Numbered from the stretch's first letter, positions 28,759 to 38,153 are shown. The stretch: DNA of 64,000 nt from an uncultured Candidatus Saccharibacteria bacterium (GCA_964548205.1 CAZJPJ010000002.1:5737-69736); one strand, 5' to 3'. The notes: a model not told the origin generated them from the sequence alone. Numbers and translations: made by a program.

Positions 28759-29304
28759 ATGTCTAAACAACAAATACAAGAGGGCAGAAATTGGTACGCT
28801 ATACACACATATTCTGGTTATGAAAATGCTGTGGCAAGAAACTTGAAGCAGCGTATCGAGTCTTTGGGTATGGAAGATAAGATTTTTAACGTCATTGTAC
28901 CTACTGAGAAGAAGATAAAGATAAAAGGTACTAAGAGGGTGGTGGAAGAAGAGAAGATATACCCTGGATATGTGCTTGTGGACATGGTGGTGTCAGATGA
29001 CTCTTGGTATGTAGTGCGCAATACTCCGAGAGTGACAGGTTTTGTAGGGAGCGGGGTGTTTCCAGTACCGCTTGATAAGAAAGAAGTAGAAAGCCTCTTC
29101 TCAAGGATGAATTCTGACACACCTAAGCACAATATTGATTTGGCTCTTGATGATGCTGTGAAGATAATGGACGGACCGTTTAAGGACCTTGAGGGTAAGG
29201 TTGGGGAAGTGGATGAGTCTAGGGGTAAAGTGAAGGTGCTTGTGCCTATGTTTGGCAGAGAAACACCAGTAGAGTTAGATTTTCTTCAGGTGAAGAAAAT
29301 CTAA
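28759..29304 (+). CDS. nusG: Transcription termination/antitermination factor NusG
   Basis: NGN domain (WYAIHTYSGYENAV) and a C-terminal KOW (GKVGEVDESRGKVKVLVPMFGRETPVEL). Confidence 0.9.
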   Translation: MSKQQIQEGRNWYAIHTYSGYENAVARNLKQRIESLGMEDKIFNVIVPTEKKIKIKGTKRVVEEEKIYPGYVLVDMVVSDDSWYVVRNTPRVTGFVGSGVFPVPLDKKEVESLFSRMNSDTPKHNIDLALDDAVKIMDGPFKDLEGKVGEVDESRGKVKVLVPMFGRETPVELDFLQVKKI

Positions 29305-29306
29305 CC

Positions 29307-29339
29307 GTATCATGTATTGAGTATTATGAATTATGCAAA
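29307..29339 (+). repeat. 33-nt A/T-rich direct repeat, upstream copy flanking rplK
   Basis: gtatcatgtattgagtattatgaattatgcaaa. 28/33 identical to the copy at 29814-29846. Confidence 0.5.
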
Positions 29340-29385
29340 GAATTGACTTTTTATAAAAATCAGATAGTCTATAGGTCACAAAGTT

Positions 29386-29808
29386 ATGGCAAAGAAAGTA
29401 AGTAAAACAATAAAATTGGTTATACAAGCAGGCAAAGCCACACCAGCTCCTCCTGTCGGTACTGCCCTTGGTCCTGCTGGTATCAATATCGGTGAGTTTG
29501 TCACCAAGTTCAACGATGCTACCAAGCAAATGAGTGGCCCTGTGCCTGCTCTCATTTCAATATACGAGGATAGAACATTCGACTTCGTGCTGAAGACCCC
29601 TCCTGCTTCAAGTCTGATACTCAAGGCTATTGGTGCCGAAAAAGGTGCTGGTAAGGCTCCTTCTCAAAAGATAGGCACTATAACTAGGAAACAACTCGAG
29701 GAAATAGCTACTACTAAGATGGTTGACCTCAATGCAAATGATATAGAGGCGGCTGTCAAAATCATCGCCGGCCAGTGTCGAAGCATGGGGGTTGAGGTGA
29801 AGGGGTAG
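29386..29808 (+). CDS. rplK: 50S ribosomal protein L11
   Basis: [31 protein letters not shown] is a diagnostic L11 N-terminus. Not followed by rplA. Confidence 0.95.
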   Translation: MAKKVSKTIKLVIQAGKATPAPPVGTALGPAGINIGEFVTKFNDATKQMSGPVPALISIYEDRTFDFVLKTPPASSLILKAIGAEKGAGKAPSQKIGTITRKQLEEIATTKMVDLNANDIEAAVKIIAGQCRSMGVEVKG

Positions 29809-29813
29809 AGCCT

Positions 29814-29846
29814 GTATCAAGTATTATGTATTAAGTATTATGCAAA
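29814..29846 (+). repeat. 33-nt direct repeat, downstream copy flanking rplK
   Basis: gtatcaagtattatgtattaagtattatgcaaa, immediately followed by a terminator hairpin. Confidence 0.5.
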
Positions 29847-29870
29847 AAAACACCGAGTGGTGTTTTTTGT
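29844..29870 (+). terminator. Intrinsic terminator after rplK
   Basis: aaaaacacc-gagt-ggtgttttttgttttt. Confidence 0.55.
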
Positions 29871-29944
29871 TTTTAGAGTTAGGTTTTCCAAATTTTTCAG
29901 AGTGTGATGGGTGGGGGCGGACTCGACTTTCTTAGGAGGGAATC

Positions 29945-30376
29945 ATGAAAATTTACGTTGGTTGTGCGTTGACTCAGGCGTCAGCAGAGTTTCGTCAACA
30001 TGTTGACGGTCTCAAAGACCAATTACGGTATCTCGGACACGAAGTACTTGATTTCGTTGGCCTTGAAGCTGGTACACCTGAAGATGTGTACGCAGGGGAC
30101 ATCAGATGTGTTAGAGAGTGCGATATTTTTATCGCGGTTTGTGATTACCCAGCCATTGGTCTCGGCTATGAGCTTGGGGTAGCGGTGGAAGTACTGGGCA
30201 AACCAGTACTTGCTGTAGCTCACAAAAACGCAGTTGTTACAAGACTGGTGTTGGGCATCACTCACCCTAATTTTACTTTTCGTCGATATCAACTCTTGGC
30301 TGATGTTAAATATTTTCTTGCCGAGATGTTAGTACGACCGCAACAGCAACAGCTTCCGTTTCCGCTTATTCTCTAG
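29945..30376 (+). CDS. Nucleoside 2-deoxyribosyltransferase-family protein
   Basis: MKIYVGCAL... N-terminus and a central IAVCDYPAIGLGYELGVA block. These parallel the NDT motifs (IYFAGxxF; D.G..MELGYA with the catalytic Glu). The ORF is noticeably GC-richer than the flanks. Confidence 0.55.
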   Translation: MKIYVGCALTQASAEFRQHVDGLKDQLRYLGHEVLDFVGLEAGTPEDVYAGDIRCVRECDIFIAVCDYPAIGLGYELGVAVEVLGKPVLAVAHKNAVVTRLVLGITHPNFTFRRYQLLADVKYFLAEMLVRPQQQQLPFPLIL

Positions 30377-30464
30377 TTTGACTCGGTGCGAAGATTTGGT
30401 CTCGTACCGAGTTTTCGCGTTTATGGAAGTTGCTTTTTGGGGAACCGAGTAATATTATGATGAT

Positions 30465-30947
30465 ATGAAAGACAGTAGGCCGAGCTGGGATGAATATTTT
30501 TTTGAGATAATGGCGGCTGTAGCTAAGAGGGCTACGTGTGATAGGGGGCGAAGTGGGTGCGTTGTTGCTCGGGATAAGCGTATATTAGCTACTGGGTATG
30601 TAGGTGCTCCAGCGGGTTGTAAGCACTGTGATGAGGTTGGTCATGAGATGCACACAGTTCTCAAGGATGATGGTACAGAGTCAAAACATTGTATAAGGAC
30701 AGCCCACGCTGAGCAAAATGCTATAGCTCACGCGGCAAGAGTTGGTATATCTCTCGAGGACGCTACCCTCTATTGCCAGATGACACCTTGCTATGCATGT
30801 GCCAAGATGATAATAAATGCTGGTATTACAAGAGTGGTGGCAAAGAATGATTATCATGCAGGGGGCAGAAGTAAAGAAATTTTTAAAGAAGCAGGGGTAG
30901 CATACGAACTATTAAATGATGTAACAGAAAAATACGAAAACCAATGA
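30465..30947 (+). CDS. dCMP deaminase (cytidine/deoxycytidylate deaminase zinc-binding family, ComEB-like)
   Basis: HAEQNAI...PCYACAKMIINAGI zinc-binding signature. WDEYF N-terminus typical of dCMP deaminases. Confidence 0.8.
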   Translation: MKDSRPSWDEYFFEIMAAVAKRATCDRGRSGCVVARDKRILATGYVGAPAGCKHCDEVGHEMHTVLKDDGTESKHCIRTAHAEQNAIAHAARVGISLEDATLYCQMTPCYACAKMIINAGITRVVAKNDYHAGGRSKEIFKEAGVAYELLNDVTEKYENQ

Positions 30948-31273
30948 GTATAGATCTAAAGGCTCTCCAAAAGGAGGTAATGCAAAACAAAATAGATAAG
31001 GGCTTCAACACCACTGACGTGGCCCTTGAGTTTTGTAGAGCGCACGAAGAATTATCTGAAGCGTTTAAGAAATATAACCAAGGGTCAGATGGAGTAGCGG
31101 AAGAGTTTGCGGATGTGGCTATTTTTTTGCTCGGTATGTGTGAGATATTGGGCTTTGACCTCGAAAAAGAAATTGTTGAAAAAGTTGAAATCAATAAAAA
31201 ACGAAAGTACAAGAAACATAAATCTCCAGATGGCAAAGATATCTTTATACGTATAGAAGAAGGAGTAAGCTAA
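30944..31273 (+). CDS. MazG-like nucleotide pyrophosphohydrolase domain protein
   Basis: All-alpha NTP-PPase motifs (E..E...A....E.....EEFADVAIFLLGMCEILGFDLE). Start overlaps the dCMP deaminase stop (ATGA). Confidence 0.6.
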   Translation: MSIDLKALQKEVMQNKIDKGFNTTDVALEFCRAHEELSEAFKKYNQGSDGVAEEFADVAIFLLGMCEILGFDLEKEIVEKVEINKKRKYKKHKSPDGKDIFIRIEEGVS

Positions 31274-32625
31274 TCTTTTCGTACTATATCGTGTTCGCCA
31301 CGTTTGACATCAAATCTGTCTGGGTCTTTGTCTAGGTGTATTACTAGATTACAATCTTTAAACTTTTGTTCCAAGGTTTTGGCCATTTGTACAGCTCTTG
31401 CTCGTAGGGTCGGGTGTACGAAGCGAGTGGCACGTAATTCTACTAGATATACTAGAGCTGACAGATTTCCCGTAAGTTTATTGGGTAAGTTGTACCCCAT
31501 CGGTACGTAGTATTGCTTGTCTTCTTTGGACAGTTTTAGTGATTTTATTTTCTTTTTTTGGGACACTAACAATTTTTCTGCTTCTTTTCTAAATTCTTTT
31601 GGTAGCTCACTCAAATACCATTCTCCAAATCCATGTTCATCGGTAACAAGCGGCATTCTTTGGTGCACTGCCCTGTGGCGTTGGATATCTCTAAACGATC
31701 CAAAGTCTAGCAAAAATTCAAATTGTAGCTGACCACATTCTGCCACTTCTCTAGGGAGTTCGGTTTTAGAGGGTCTCTGTTTTAGAGATTGTGAAAAAGA
31801 TTTTAATGTATTTTTGTCGATGCTGTTTTTTGATAACCTAAAATCTGAAACTTTTTTATTTGTGTAGTAGTAATGTTTTTGCATCCAATCTTTATTGAAT
31901 TTTTCTGTACTGTCATACCTTTTGTGTCCGAAAGAGCTGGGGTAGGCTTCCTTCAGAGCTTCTTCTATCTTTTCTCCAATCTGTCGTACTTCTTCTAGTG
32001 GATGGTGGCGAAGGGTGGCGATATGGTCTGCAGCTTGTCTCAGATTGGTGTGCCAAGCAAGGTTGGTGGTAGCTCCTGCAGGTAAGAAACTTCTCATGAT
32101 ATCAAAAGCCCTGGCCATAATAGCTTTCTTGTAGATGTTCTCTAGCTCACCTTCTTTTATTGGAAATCTTTTTTGAAGCTCTGTTTCTAGAATCTTTAGT
32201 CCTTTCATGTAAAATTTTCTCCAGGTTTCCAATACCTCTTTTGAATTTTTATTTTTTGCTGGATCTAGAAATTTTTGTTTTGCAAAATCTATATAACGGG
32301 TAGAGGCTTCTTGACCGGAATACAGTGGCCAATCTTGTATGGCTTTGGCGGCAAGCATTGAAACTCCTTCTATGAAAATAGTGCAAGTACCACAATCACC
32401 GATCGATTTGTGGCCATAGCCGACATAAAAGGTCGACATAAACTTTTCTGAACCTTTGTTTATAAGAACTTCTAGGTGGCTTTTTATACCCCCTATAGAT
32501 CTAGAGTGTAGAGCTTGAAGCATGGCCTCGGATTCTGGGCTTATAAGAGCTCCATTATTGAGTATAAGCACCATGCCTCCACCTGGTAATTTCTTTTCTG
32601 TATGTTGTAGGGATTTGATATCCAT
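31270..32625 (-). CDS. thyX: Flavin-dependent thymidylate synthase (ThyX)-like protein, unusually long (451 aa) with an apparent tandem ThyX-like architecture
   Basis: The N-terminal half aligns to the ThyX core (ALHSRS..., GHKSIG.C.TCTIFIEGVS, ...TNLAWHTNLRQAADHIATLR) but lacks the RHR motif. The C-terminal half carries RHRAVHQR. Divergent promoter region shared with tmk. Confidence 0.5.
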   Translation of the reverse strand: MDIKSLQHTEKKLPGGGMVLILNNGALISPESEAMLQALHSRSIGGIKSHLEVLINKGSEKFMSTFYVGYGHKSIGDCGTCTIFIEGVSMLAAKAIQDWPLYSGQEASTRYIDFAKQKFLDPAKNKNSKEVLETWRKFYMKGLKILETELQKRFPIKEGELENIYKKAIMARAFDIMRSFLPAGATTNLAWHTNLRQAADHIATLRHHPLEEVRQIGEKIEEALKEAYPSSFGHKRYDSTEKFNKDWMQKHYYYTNKKVSDFRLSKNSIDKNTLKSFSQSLKQRPSKTELPREVAECGQLQFEFLLDFGSFRDIQRHRAVHQRMPLVTDEHGFGEWYLSELPKEFRKEAEKLLVSQKKKIKSLKLSKEDKQYYVPMGYNLPNKLTGNLSALVYLVELRATRFVHPTLRARAVQMAKTLEQKFKDCNLVIHLDKDPDRFDVKRGEHDIVRKD

Positions 32626-32677
32626 TGATATACTGAAGTGGTCGTGCTAAATATAGCATAAGAAAATAATAAACAGT

Positions 32678-33358
32678 ATGAAAAAGGGCAAGTTTATAGT
32701 GATAGAGGGAACTGATGGATCTGGAAAAGCGACTCAGTTGGAATATCTCACAAAATATTTGAAAAGAAATAAAAAAAAGTTTGCTACTGCAGATTTCCCC
32801 CAATACGACAATTTCTCAGGGGCGTTTGTTGCCAAGTATCTAAGAGGTGAATATGGAACCGCTGATGAAGTTGGTCCGTATAGAGGCTCGATGTTTTATG
32901 CAGTAGATAGATATGACAAATCTTTTGACATAAAGAAGTGGATAGATGAAGGCAAAATAGTTTTGAGCAATAGATATGTCTCTGCTAACATGGGACACCA
33001 GACGGGAAAGATAAAAGGGAAGAAAAATAAAGACAAATTTCTAAAATGGCTTGATAATCTAGAGTATGAAATATTTGGTATACCTAGACCCGATGCTACA
33101 ATTTTACTTTTTGTATCACCAGAAATTGGTCAAAAACTTGTAGACCAGAAAAAAGAAAGAGCTTATACCAAAGGCAAAAAGAGAGATATACATGAGGCAG
33201 ATCTCAAGCATCTTAAAAATGCCGCTCTAGCGTATGTGTATGTGGCAAAGAAATATAAATGGATCGTGATAAACTGTACAAAAAACGGAGAGATGCGTAC
33301 CCGTGAAGATATACACAAAGAAATAGTGAACGTGCTTGAAGGTAAAAAACTAATATAA
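32678..33358 (+). CDS. tmk: Thymidylate kinase
   Basis: FIVIEGTDGSGKATQ P-loop, DRY motif (AVDRYDKS). Confidence 0.85.
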   Translation: MKKGKFIVIEGTDGSGKATQLEYLTKYLKRNKKKFATADFPQYDNFSGAFVAKYLRGEYGTADEVGPYRGSMFYAVDRYDKSFDIKKWIDEGKIVLSNRYVSANMGHQTGKIKGKKNKDKFLKWLDNLEYEIFGIPRPDATILLFVSPEIGQKLVDQKKERAYTKGKKRDIHEADLKHLKNAALAYVYVAKKYKWIVINCTKNGEMRTREDIHKEIVNVLEGKKLI

Positions 33359-33413
33359 ACACATGATCTAACCTTCTGACAAAAGAATAGTTTTAACAGA
33401 TAAGTTTACTTAT

Positions 33414-34670
33414 ATGAAGGCAAAAATGAAGGACAAAAAAGTTGAAAAATTGATCAAAGGAGAAGAAAGGAGGCAAGCCCTAGGCCTTGAGCTTATCCCC
33501 TCAGAAAATTATGTTTCAAACGATGTGCTTGCAGCAAATGGTAGTGTGTTTACAAACAAATATTCTGAAGGTTATCCAGGCCGAAGGTATTATGGTGGTC
33601 AAGACTTTACCGATGAGGTAGAAAGGCTTGCTATAGAGAGAGCTTGCAAGCTCTTTAAGTGCAAATACGCCAATGTCCAACCTCATGCTGGAGCTCCGGC
33701 CAATGTGGCTGCATACTTCGCTCTCCTTGAGCCCGGGGACACTGTCATGGGTATGGACCTTTCGCATGGTGGGCACCTTACACATGGCCATCCTGTCACC
33801 AGCGTTACAAAAGTTTTCAAGTTTATACGATACAAGATGAAAAACCCTGATACAGGGGAGATAGATTATGAAGATATGGAGAGAGTGGCTATGAAAGAAA
33901 AGCCAAAGATAATTTTGGCAGGATTTTCTGCCTACACTCGAGAGTTGGATTATGCTCGTATGGCAAAAATAGCAAAGAAAGTAGGAGCTATAGCTATGGC
34001 AGACATTGCTCACATAGCTGGGCTTATAGCGGGGAAGGCTCACAAGAACCCATTTGATTATGGCTTCGACATAATGACTACTACTACTCACAAAACTCTA
34101 CGCGGCCCGAGAGGAGGCATGATACTCGTAAGAGATAATGAGGAGATAGCCAAGAAAATAGACAAGACAGTTTTCCCCGGACTTCAGGGTGGGCCACTCA
34201 TGCACCATGTGGCGGCAAAGGCTGTCTGCTTTGGCGAAGCCCTCTCACCAAAGTTTAAGGTTTATGCTAAGCAGATCATTAAAAATGCCAAGGCTATGGC
34301 AAAGGTGCTAGAAAAAAATAAAATCAGGATGATAGGAGGCGGTACTGACAACCACTGCATACTTGCTGATATCTATGGTTCGCTCGGGGTCACTGGCAAG
34401 GAAGCTCAGACTGTACTCGATGAAGTCGGCATCACTCTCAATATGAACGTCATTGCAGACGATCCTAGGAAACCTCTTGACCCATCAGGTATCAGGTTCG
34501 GCACACCTGCCATCACTACCAGAGGATTTAAAGAAAAAGAGTGTGCGAGAGTAGCGGAGTTGATGATCGGTGTACTCAAAGATAAGGAGAACAAAAAACT
34601 GAAGGCAGAAGTGAAGAAAGAAATCCAAAAGTTGGCCAAAAAATTCCCTATACCAAAGAGTTTTGTGTAA
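33414..34670 (+). CDS. glyA: Serine hydroxymethyltransferase
   Basis: LIPSENYVS, LSHGGHLTHG and PLP-Lys region TTTTHKTLRGPRGG. Confidence 0.95.
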   Translation: MKAKMKDKKVEKLIKGEERRQALGLELIPSENYVSNDVLAANGSVFTNKYSEGYPGRRYYGGQDFTDEVERLAIERACKLFKCKYANVQPHAGAPANVAAYFALLEPGDTVMGMDLSHGGHLTHGHPVTSVTKVFKFIRYKMKNPDTGEIDYEDMERVAMKEKPKIILAGFSAYTRELDYARMAKIAKKVGAIAMADIAHIAGLIAGKAHKNPFDYGFDIMTTTTHKTLRGPRGGMILVRDNEEIAKKIDKTVFPGLQGGPLMHHVAAKAVCFGEALSPKFKVYAKQIIKNAKAMAKVLEKNKIRMIGGGTDNHCILADIYGSLGVTGKEAQTVLDEVGITLNMNVIADDPRKPLDPSGIRFGTPAITTRGFKEKECARVAELMIGVLKDKENKKLKAEVKKEIQKLAKKFPIPKSFV

Positions 34671-34695
34671 GTCGTGAAAGTGTTACAATAAAGCC

Positions 34696-34971
34696 ATGAG
34701 AACTAAGTCTAAAATAACAAAATTGAAGAAAGAAAAAGGGAAGCTTGTCAGTTTGCCAGTGCTTATAGAACAAGATGAAAGGGGTATGTATATTGGTTCG
34801 GTGCCATCGCTTCGGTCTTGCTATACCCAAGCTCAAACACTAGACGAACTTTATAAAAATTTACAGGAAGTTGTAGAACTGTCTATAGAGGTAGAAAAAG
34901 AATTTTTTGGCAACAAAGTAGAGACCAATCGCATTGTTGGATTTCAGAATTTATCTTTTGCGCTACATTAA
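34696..34971 (+). CDS. hicB: HicB-family antitoxin (UPF0150)
   Basis: ...MYIGSVPSLRSCYTQAQTLDELYKNLQEVVEL... matches the HicB N-terminal RNase-H-like fold pattern. Confidence 0.6.
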   Translation: MRTKSKITKLKKEKGKLVSLPVLIEQDERGMYIGSVPSLRSCYTQAQTLDELYKNLQEVVELSIEVEKEFFGNKVETNRIVGFQNLSFALH

Positions 34972-34974
34972 GAT

Positions 34975-35202
34975 ATGCCCCACTTATCTCCAGTCTCTCC
35001 AAAGAAACTTTTCAAATTTTTGGAGAAAGAAGGTTTTGAGTGTATTAGAATAAAAGGAAGCCATCATTTTTTCTTAAACCCAGTTGACCAAAGGACGACT
35101 TGTGTACCCCTCCATGGCAAGAGGGATATTGGGGTCGGGCTTTTGCGCCAGATTATAAAGGATATAAATATGTCAGTTGAGGATTTTAAGTCGAACCTAT
35201 GA
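34975..35202 (+). CDS. hicA: HicA-family mRNA interferase toxin
   Basis: KKLFKFLEKEGFECIRIKGSHHFF..P....TCVPLHGKRDIGVGLLRQIIKD is the YcfA/HicA pattern. 4 nt after hicB. Confidence 0.65.
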   Translation: MPHLSPVSPKKLFKFLEKEGFECIRIKGSHHFFLNPVDQRTTCVPLHGKRDIGVGLLRQIIKDINMSVEDFKSNL

Positions 35203-35621
35203 AGTTAAAAGTAAAAAAAGTGCACTCTGATGCTAAGTTGCCGCACTATGCTAATGCACATGACGCTGGTATGGACCTTTTTGCTCTAGAAGAAGTAATA
35301 GTAAAGAAAGGGGAGATAGCTAGGATAAGGACGGGGATATCGCTTGAAATACCGGAAGGGTATGTAGGGCTTTGCTGGGACAAGAGCGGGCTCTCGATGA
35401 ACCACGGTATCAAGACTTTGGCTGGAGTTATAGACTCTGGGTTTCGTGGGGAGCTTGTGGTAGCTGTCATAAACTTGGGCAATGAAGACTATACCTTTGA
35501 AAAAGGGCACAAAGTAATGCAGATGCTTGTGCAGAAAATTGAAACTGTAGAAATAGAAGAAGCAGAAGAACTGTCTGATTCAGATAGAGGAGAAAAAGGC
35601 TTCGGCAGCAGTGGGAAGTAG
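35199..35621 (+). CDS. dut: dUTP diphosphatase
   Basis: AGMDLFA, GLCWDKSGL, GVIDSGFRGEL motifs. Confidence 0.9.
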   Translation: MKLKVKKVHSDAKLPHYANAHDAGMDLFALEEVIVKKGEIARIRTGISLEIPEGYVGLCWDKSGLSMNHGIKTLAGVIDSGFRGELVVAVINLGNEDYTFEKGHKVMQMLVQKIETVEIEEAEELSDSDRGEKGFGSSGK

Positions 35622-35644
35622 GTATATATGTTATAAATATAGGG

Positions 35645-37303
35645 ATGTTGTTGAAAGCAATAATAAAGAAATGGGTGAAGGAGACTTTGGAGACAGAGGC
35701 AGATTTTGCTATCGAAGAGCCTAGGGACATAAGCTTTGGTGACTACTCGACCAATGTAGCCATGGTTTTGGCTAAAAAGGAGGGTAAAAACCCAAATGAG
35801 CTGGCAAAAGAAATAGTGAACAAACTTGAGGCAAAGAAAATGGCAGATGTGGAAAAAATAGAAGCCGTAGGCGGGTTTGTAAACCTTTTTTTAAGCAAAG
35901 AAGCGGTGAGCACTGCGCTTGTAAATACAAGCAAGGGCGCCGACCTTCCAGATAATCTTAAAGGTAAAAAAATATTTATAGAACATACTCAACCAAACCC
36001 ATTCAAAGTTTTCCATATCGGCCACCTGATGAACAATGCGATCGGTGAATCTGTGTCTCGACTGATAAAAACTTTGGGGGCTGAAGCAAAGGTGGTGACA
36101 TATCATGGGGATGTTGGTCTACATATCGCAAAGTCTATATGGGCTGTAAGTACAAAGAAGACAGTCAATTTTGCAGAGGGTTATGCTTTAGGTAATGATG
36201 CTTACGAAAATGGTGAATCTGCAAAAGAAGAAATAATAGAAATAAATAAGAAAATATATAACAAGAGTGACGAAGAGATAAACAAACTGTATCAAAAAGG
36301 AAAAGAAGAAAGCCTCCTGAAATTTGAGGAGTTGTATAGAAAACTGGATAGCCATTTTGATCACCACTTTTTTGAAAGCGAGGCTGGGCCTATAGGTAAA
36401 CAGATAGTAGAAGAAAATATAGGCAAAGTGTTTGAAGAAAGTGAGGGAGCAGTAATTTTCAGAGGAGAAAATTTTGAACCAAAGACTCATACAAGAGTTT
36501 TTCTAAACAAAGACAAATTGCCTACTTATGAAGCCAAAGAGGTGGGCTTGGCAAAGCTCAAGAAAGAGATGTTTGATTATGATGCTTCGATAACCATCAC
36601 CGCAAACGAACAGGATTCTTTTTTTGATGTGGTAGAGGTTGCTATTGGTGAAGTGATGTCTGACAGAAAGGGAAAGCTCATGCACCTCTCTCATGGGATG
36701 TTGCGACTCCCTGAAGGTAAGATGTCTTCTCGTACTGGCAATATTGTAAGTGCCGAGCAGATGATAAGTGATGTAAAAGAGAGGGTGATGGGAAAAATGA
36801 AGGATAGAGAATTAGATAGTAATGCAAAAGAAGAAATCTCGGAAATGGTAGCTATAGGGGCGATAAAATACTCGATACTGAGGCAGGCGATAGGTAAGGA
36901 CATAATATTTGATTTTGATAAGTCGCTTTCTTTCGAAGGAGATTCGGGTCCATACCTACAATACAGTGCAGTCAGGGCAAATTCTATAATAAAAAATGCT
37001 ACTGAAGCAGGGCTTGAAGCGAAAAGTGATGTTCCAGAAAAATGGGCCACCACTGTGCTGGAAAGAAAACTGACAAAGTTTTATGAAGTGATTGAACGTT
37101 CTTGTCTTGAATATGCCCCCCAACATTTGGTCACATATCTTACGGACCTTGCTTCTGAGTTTAACGGATTTTATGCAAAGGAAAAGATAGTGGACAAAGA
37201 AGATAAGGCAAGCCCTTACAAAATATTCCTAACCCAAGTCTTCAGAGAAACGATGCAAAGCGGCCTCTGGCTTCTCGGCATCAAAACTCCCGAGGTGATG
37301 TAG
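35645..37303 (+). CDS. argS: Arginine--tRNA ligase
   Basis: Class I HIGH motif (FHIGHLMNNAIG), KMSK-like region (GKMSSRTGN), C-terminal DALR anticodon-binding domain. Confidence 0.9.
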   Translation: MLLKAIIKKWVKETLETEADFAIEEPRDISFGDYSTNVAMVLAKKEGKNPNELAKEIVNKLEAKKMADVEKIEAVGGFVNLFLSKEAVSTALVNTSKGADLPDNLKGKKIFIEHTQPNPFKVFHIGHLMNNAIGESVSRLIKTLGAEAKVVTYHGDVGLHIAKSIWAVSTKKTVNFAEGYALGNDAYENGESAKEEIIEINKKIYNKSDEEINKLYQKGKEESLLKFEELYRKLDSHFDHHFFESEAGPIGKQIVEENIGKVFEESEGAVIFRGENFEPKTHTRVFLNKDKLPTYEAKEVGLAKLKKEMFDYDASITITANEQDSFFDVVEVAIGEVMSDRKGKLMHLSHGMLRLPEGKMSSRTGNIVSAEQMISDVKERVMGKMKDRELDSNAKEEISEMVAIGAIKYSILRQAIGKDIIFDFDKSLSFEGDSGPYLQYSAVRANSIIKNATEAGLEAKSDVPEKWATTVLERKLTKFYEVIERSCLEYAPQHLVTYLTDLASEFNGFYAKEKIVDKEDKASPYKIFLTQVFRETMQSGLWLLGIKTPEVM

Positions 37304-37386
37304 GGGGTTCACCATATCTATTTTATAAAAAACGTGTAAGGCGTATAATTTGGGTTATATATTATTAGTCCTATCATAAACTATCT

Positions 37387-37860
37387 ATGCAAAATCTTTT
37401 GAAAAAATCGGCCACGCTCGCGATCGTTGCCGGTGTGATACTTGTAGTCGGGGGAGCGTGGGGTATTTACTTCACATACACAAATGTAGCTAGAGAAAAT
37501 ATCACTACTCCGAGCGACGCCTCGATACCGAATGCTCCGGTAAGAGGGCCATTTACACTTATGTCGCAAGCAGACATCATACGACACCACACTCTCGAGT
37601 CGACTGGAGGTCAGACTTATGCACAGATGCCTCGACAAGTGGAGAAGAAAGATGAGAGTGGCAATGTCGTTTTGGGTGAAGACGGCAAACCAGTCTTAGT
37701 AGCAAACGAAGCTAGGAACATATGGGTCACTGCTACTACTCTTACTACTGCACTCAATCTGGCCATCATCTCCTATGTCTTCTCGGCTCTTATCGCACTC
37801 TTCGGACTCATATCCATATGGACGGGCTTTGTCTTCAGAGCTCTTGGTAGAATGCAATAA
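37387..37860 (+). CDS. Hypothetical membrane protein (N- and C-terminal TM segments)
   Basis: Hydrophobic segments LAIVAGVILVVGGAWGIYF and ALNLAIISYVFSALIALFGLISIW. No family recognised. Confidence 0.4.
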   Translation: MQNLLKKSATLAIVAGVILVVGGAWGIYFTYTNVARENITTPSDASIPNAPVRGPFTLMSQADIIRHHTLESTGGQTYAQMPRQVEKKDESGNVVLGEDGKPVLVANEARNIWVTATTLTTALNLAIISYVFSALIALFGLISIWTGFVFRALGRMQ

Positions 37861-38153
37861 TGCAATACAAATTTAAATCTGAAGTCTGGCTTTATCCTAG
37901 CGATGTGGCCTCTTGGCACTTTGTAACTGTGCCAAAAAAAGAATCGGCTGATATAAAGAAAAAGAAAAAGGGCCCCAAGAGGGGATGGGGGGCTGTGAAA
38001 GTGAAAGTGAATATCGGTAAAACTTCTTGGACTACTTCAATATTTCCTGACAAAAAGTCAGACTGCTATATCTTGCCACTCAAGGCTGATGTAAGAAAGA
38101 AGGAAGATGTCTTTGCGGGCGATAGGTTAGGTCTAGAGATAAAATTGGTGTAA
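37860..38153 (+). CDS. Hypothetical protein, possibly DUF1905-like
   Basis: ...WHFVTVPK...GWGAVKVKVNIGKTSWTTSIFP... pattern. Overlaps the upstream ORF (ATGA). Confidence 0.4.
   Translation: MQYKFKSEVWLYPSDVASWHFVTVPKKESADIKKKKKGPKRGWGAVKVKVNIGKTSWTTSIFPDKKSDCYILPLKADVRKKEDVFAGDRLGLEIKLV

Noticed and set aside
28581-28766. 61-aa ORF in the supplied track
   Set aside because: It is out of frame with, and overlaps, a clear SecE-encoding frame (28528-28704), and it runs into the nusG start. The SecE frame has the expected motif, TM segment and synteny.
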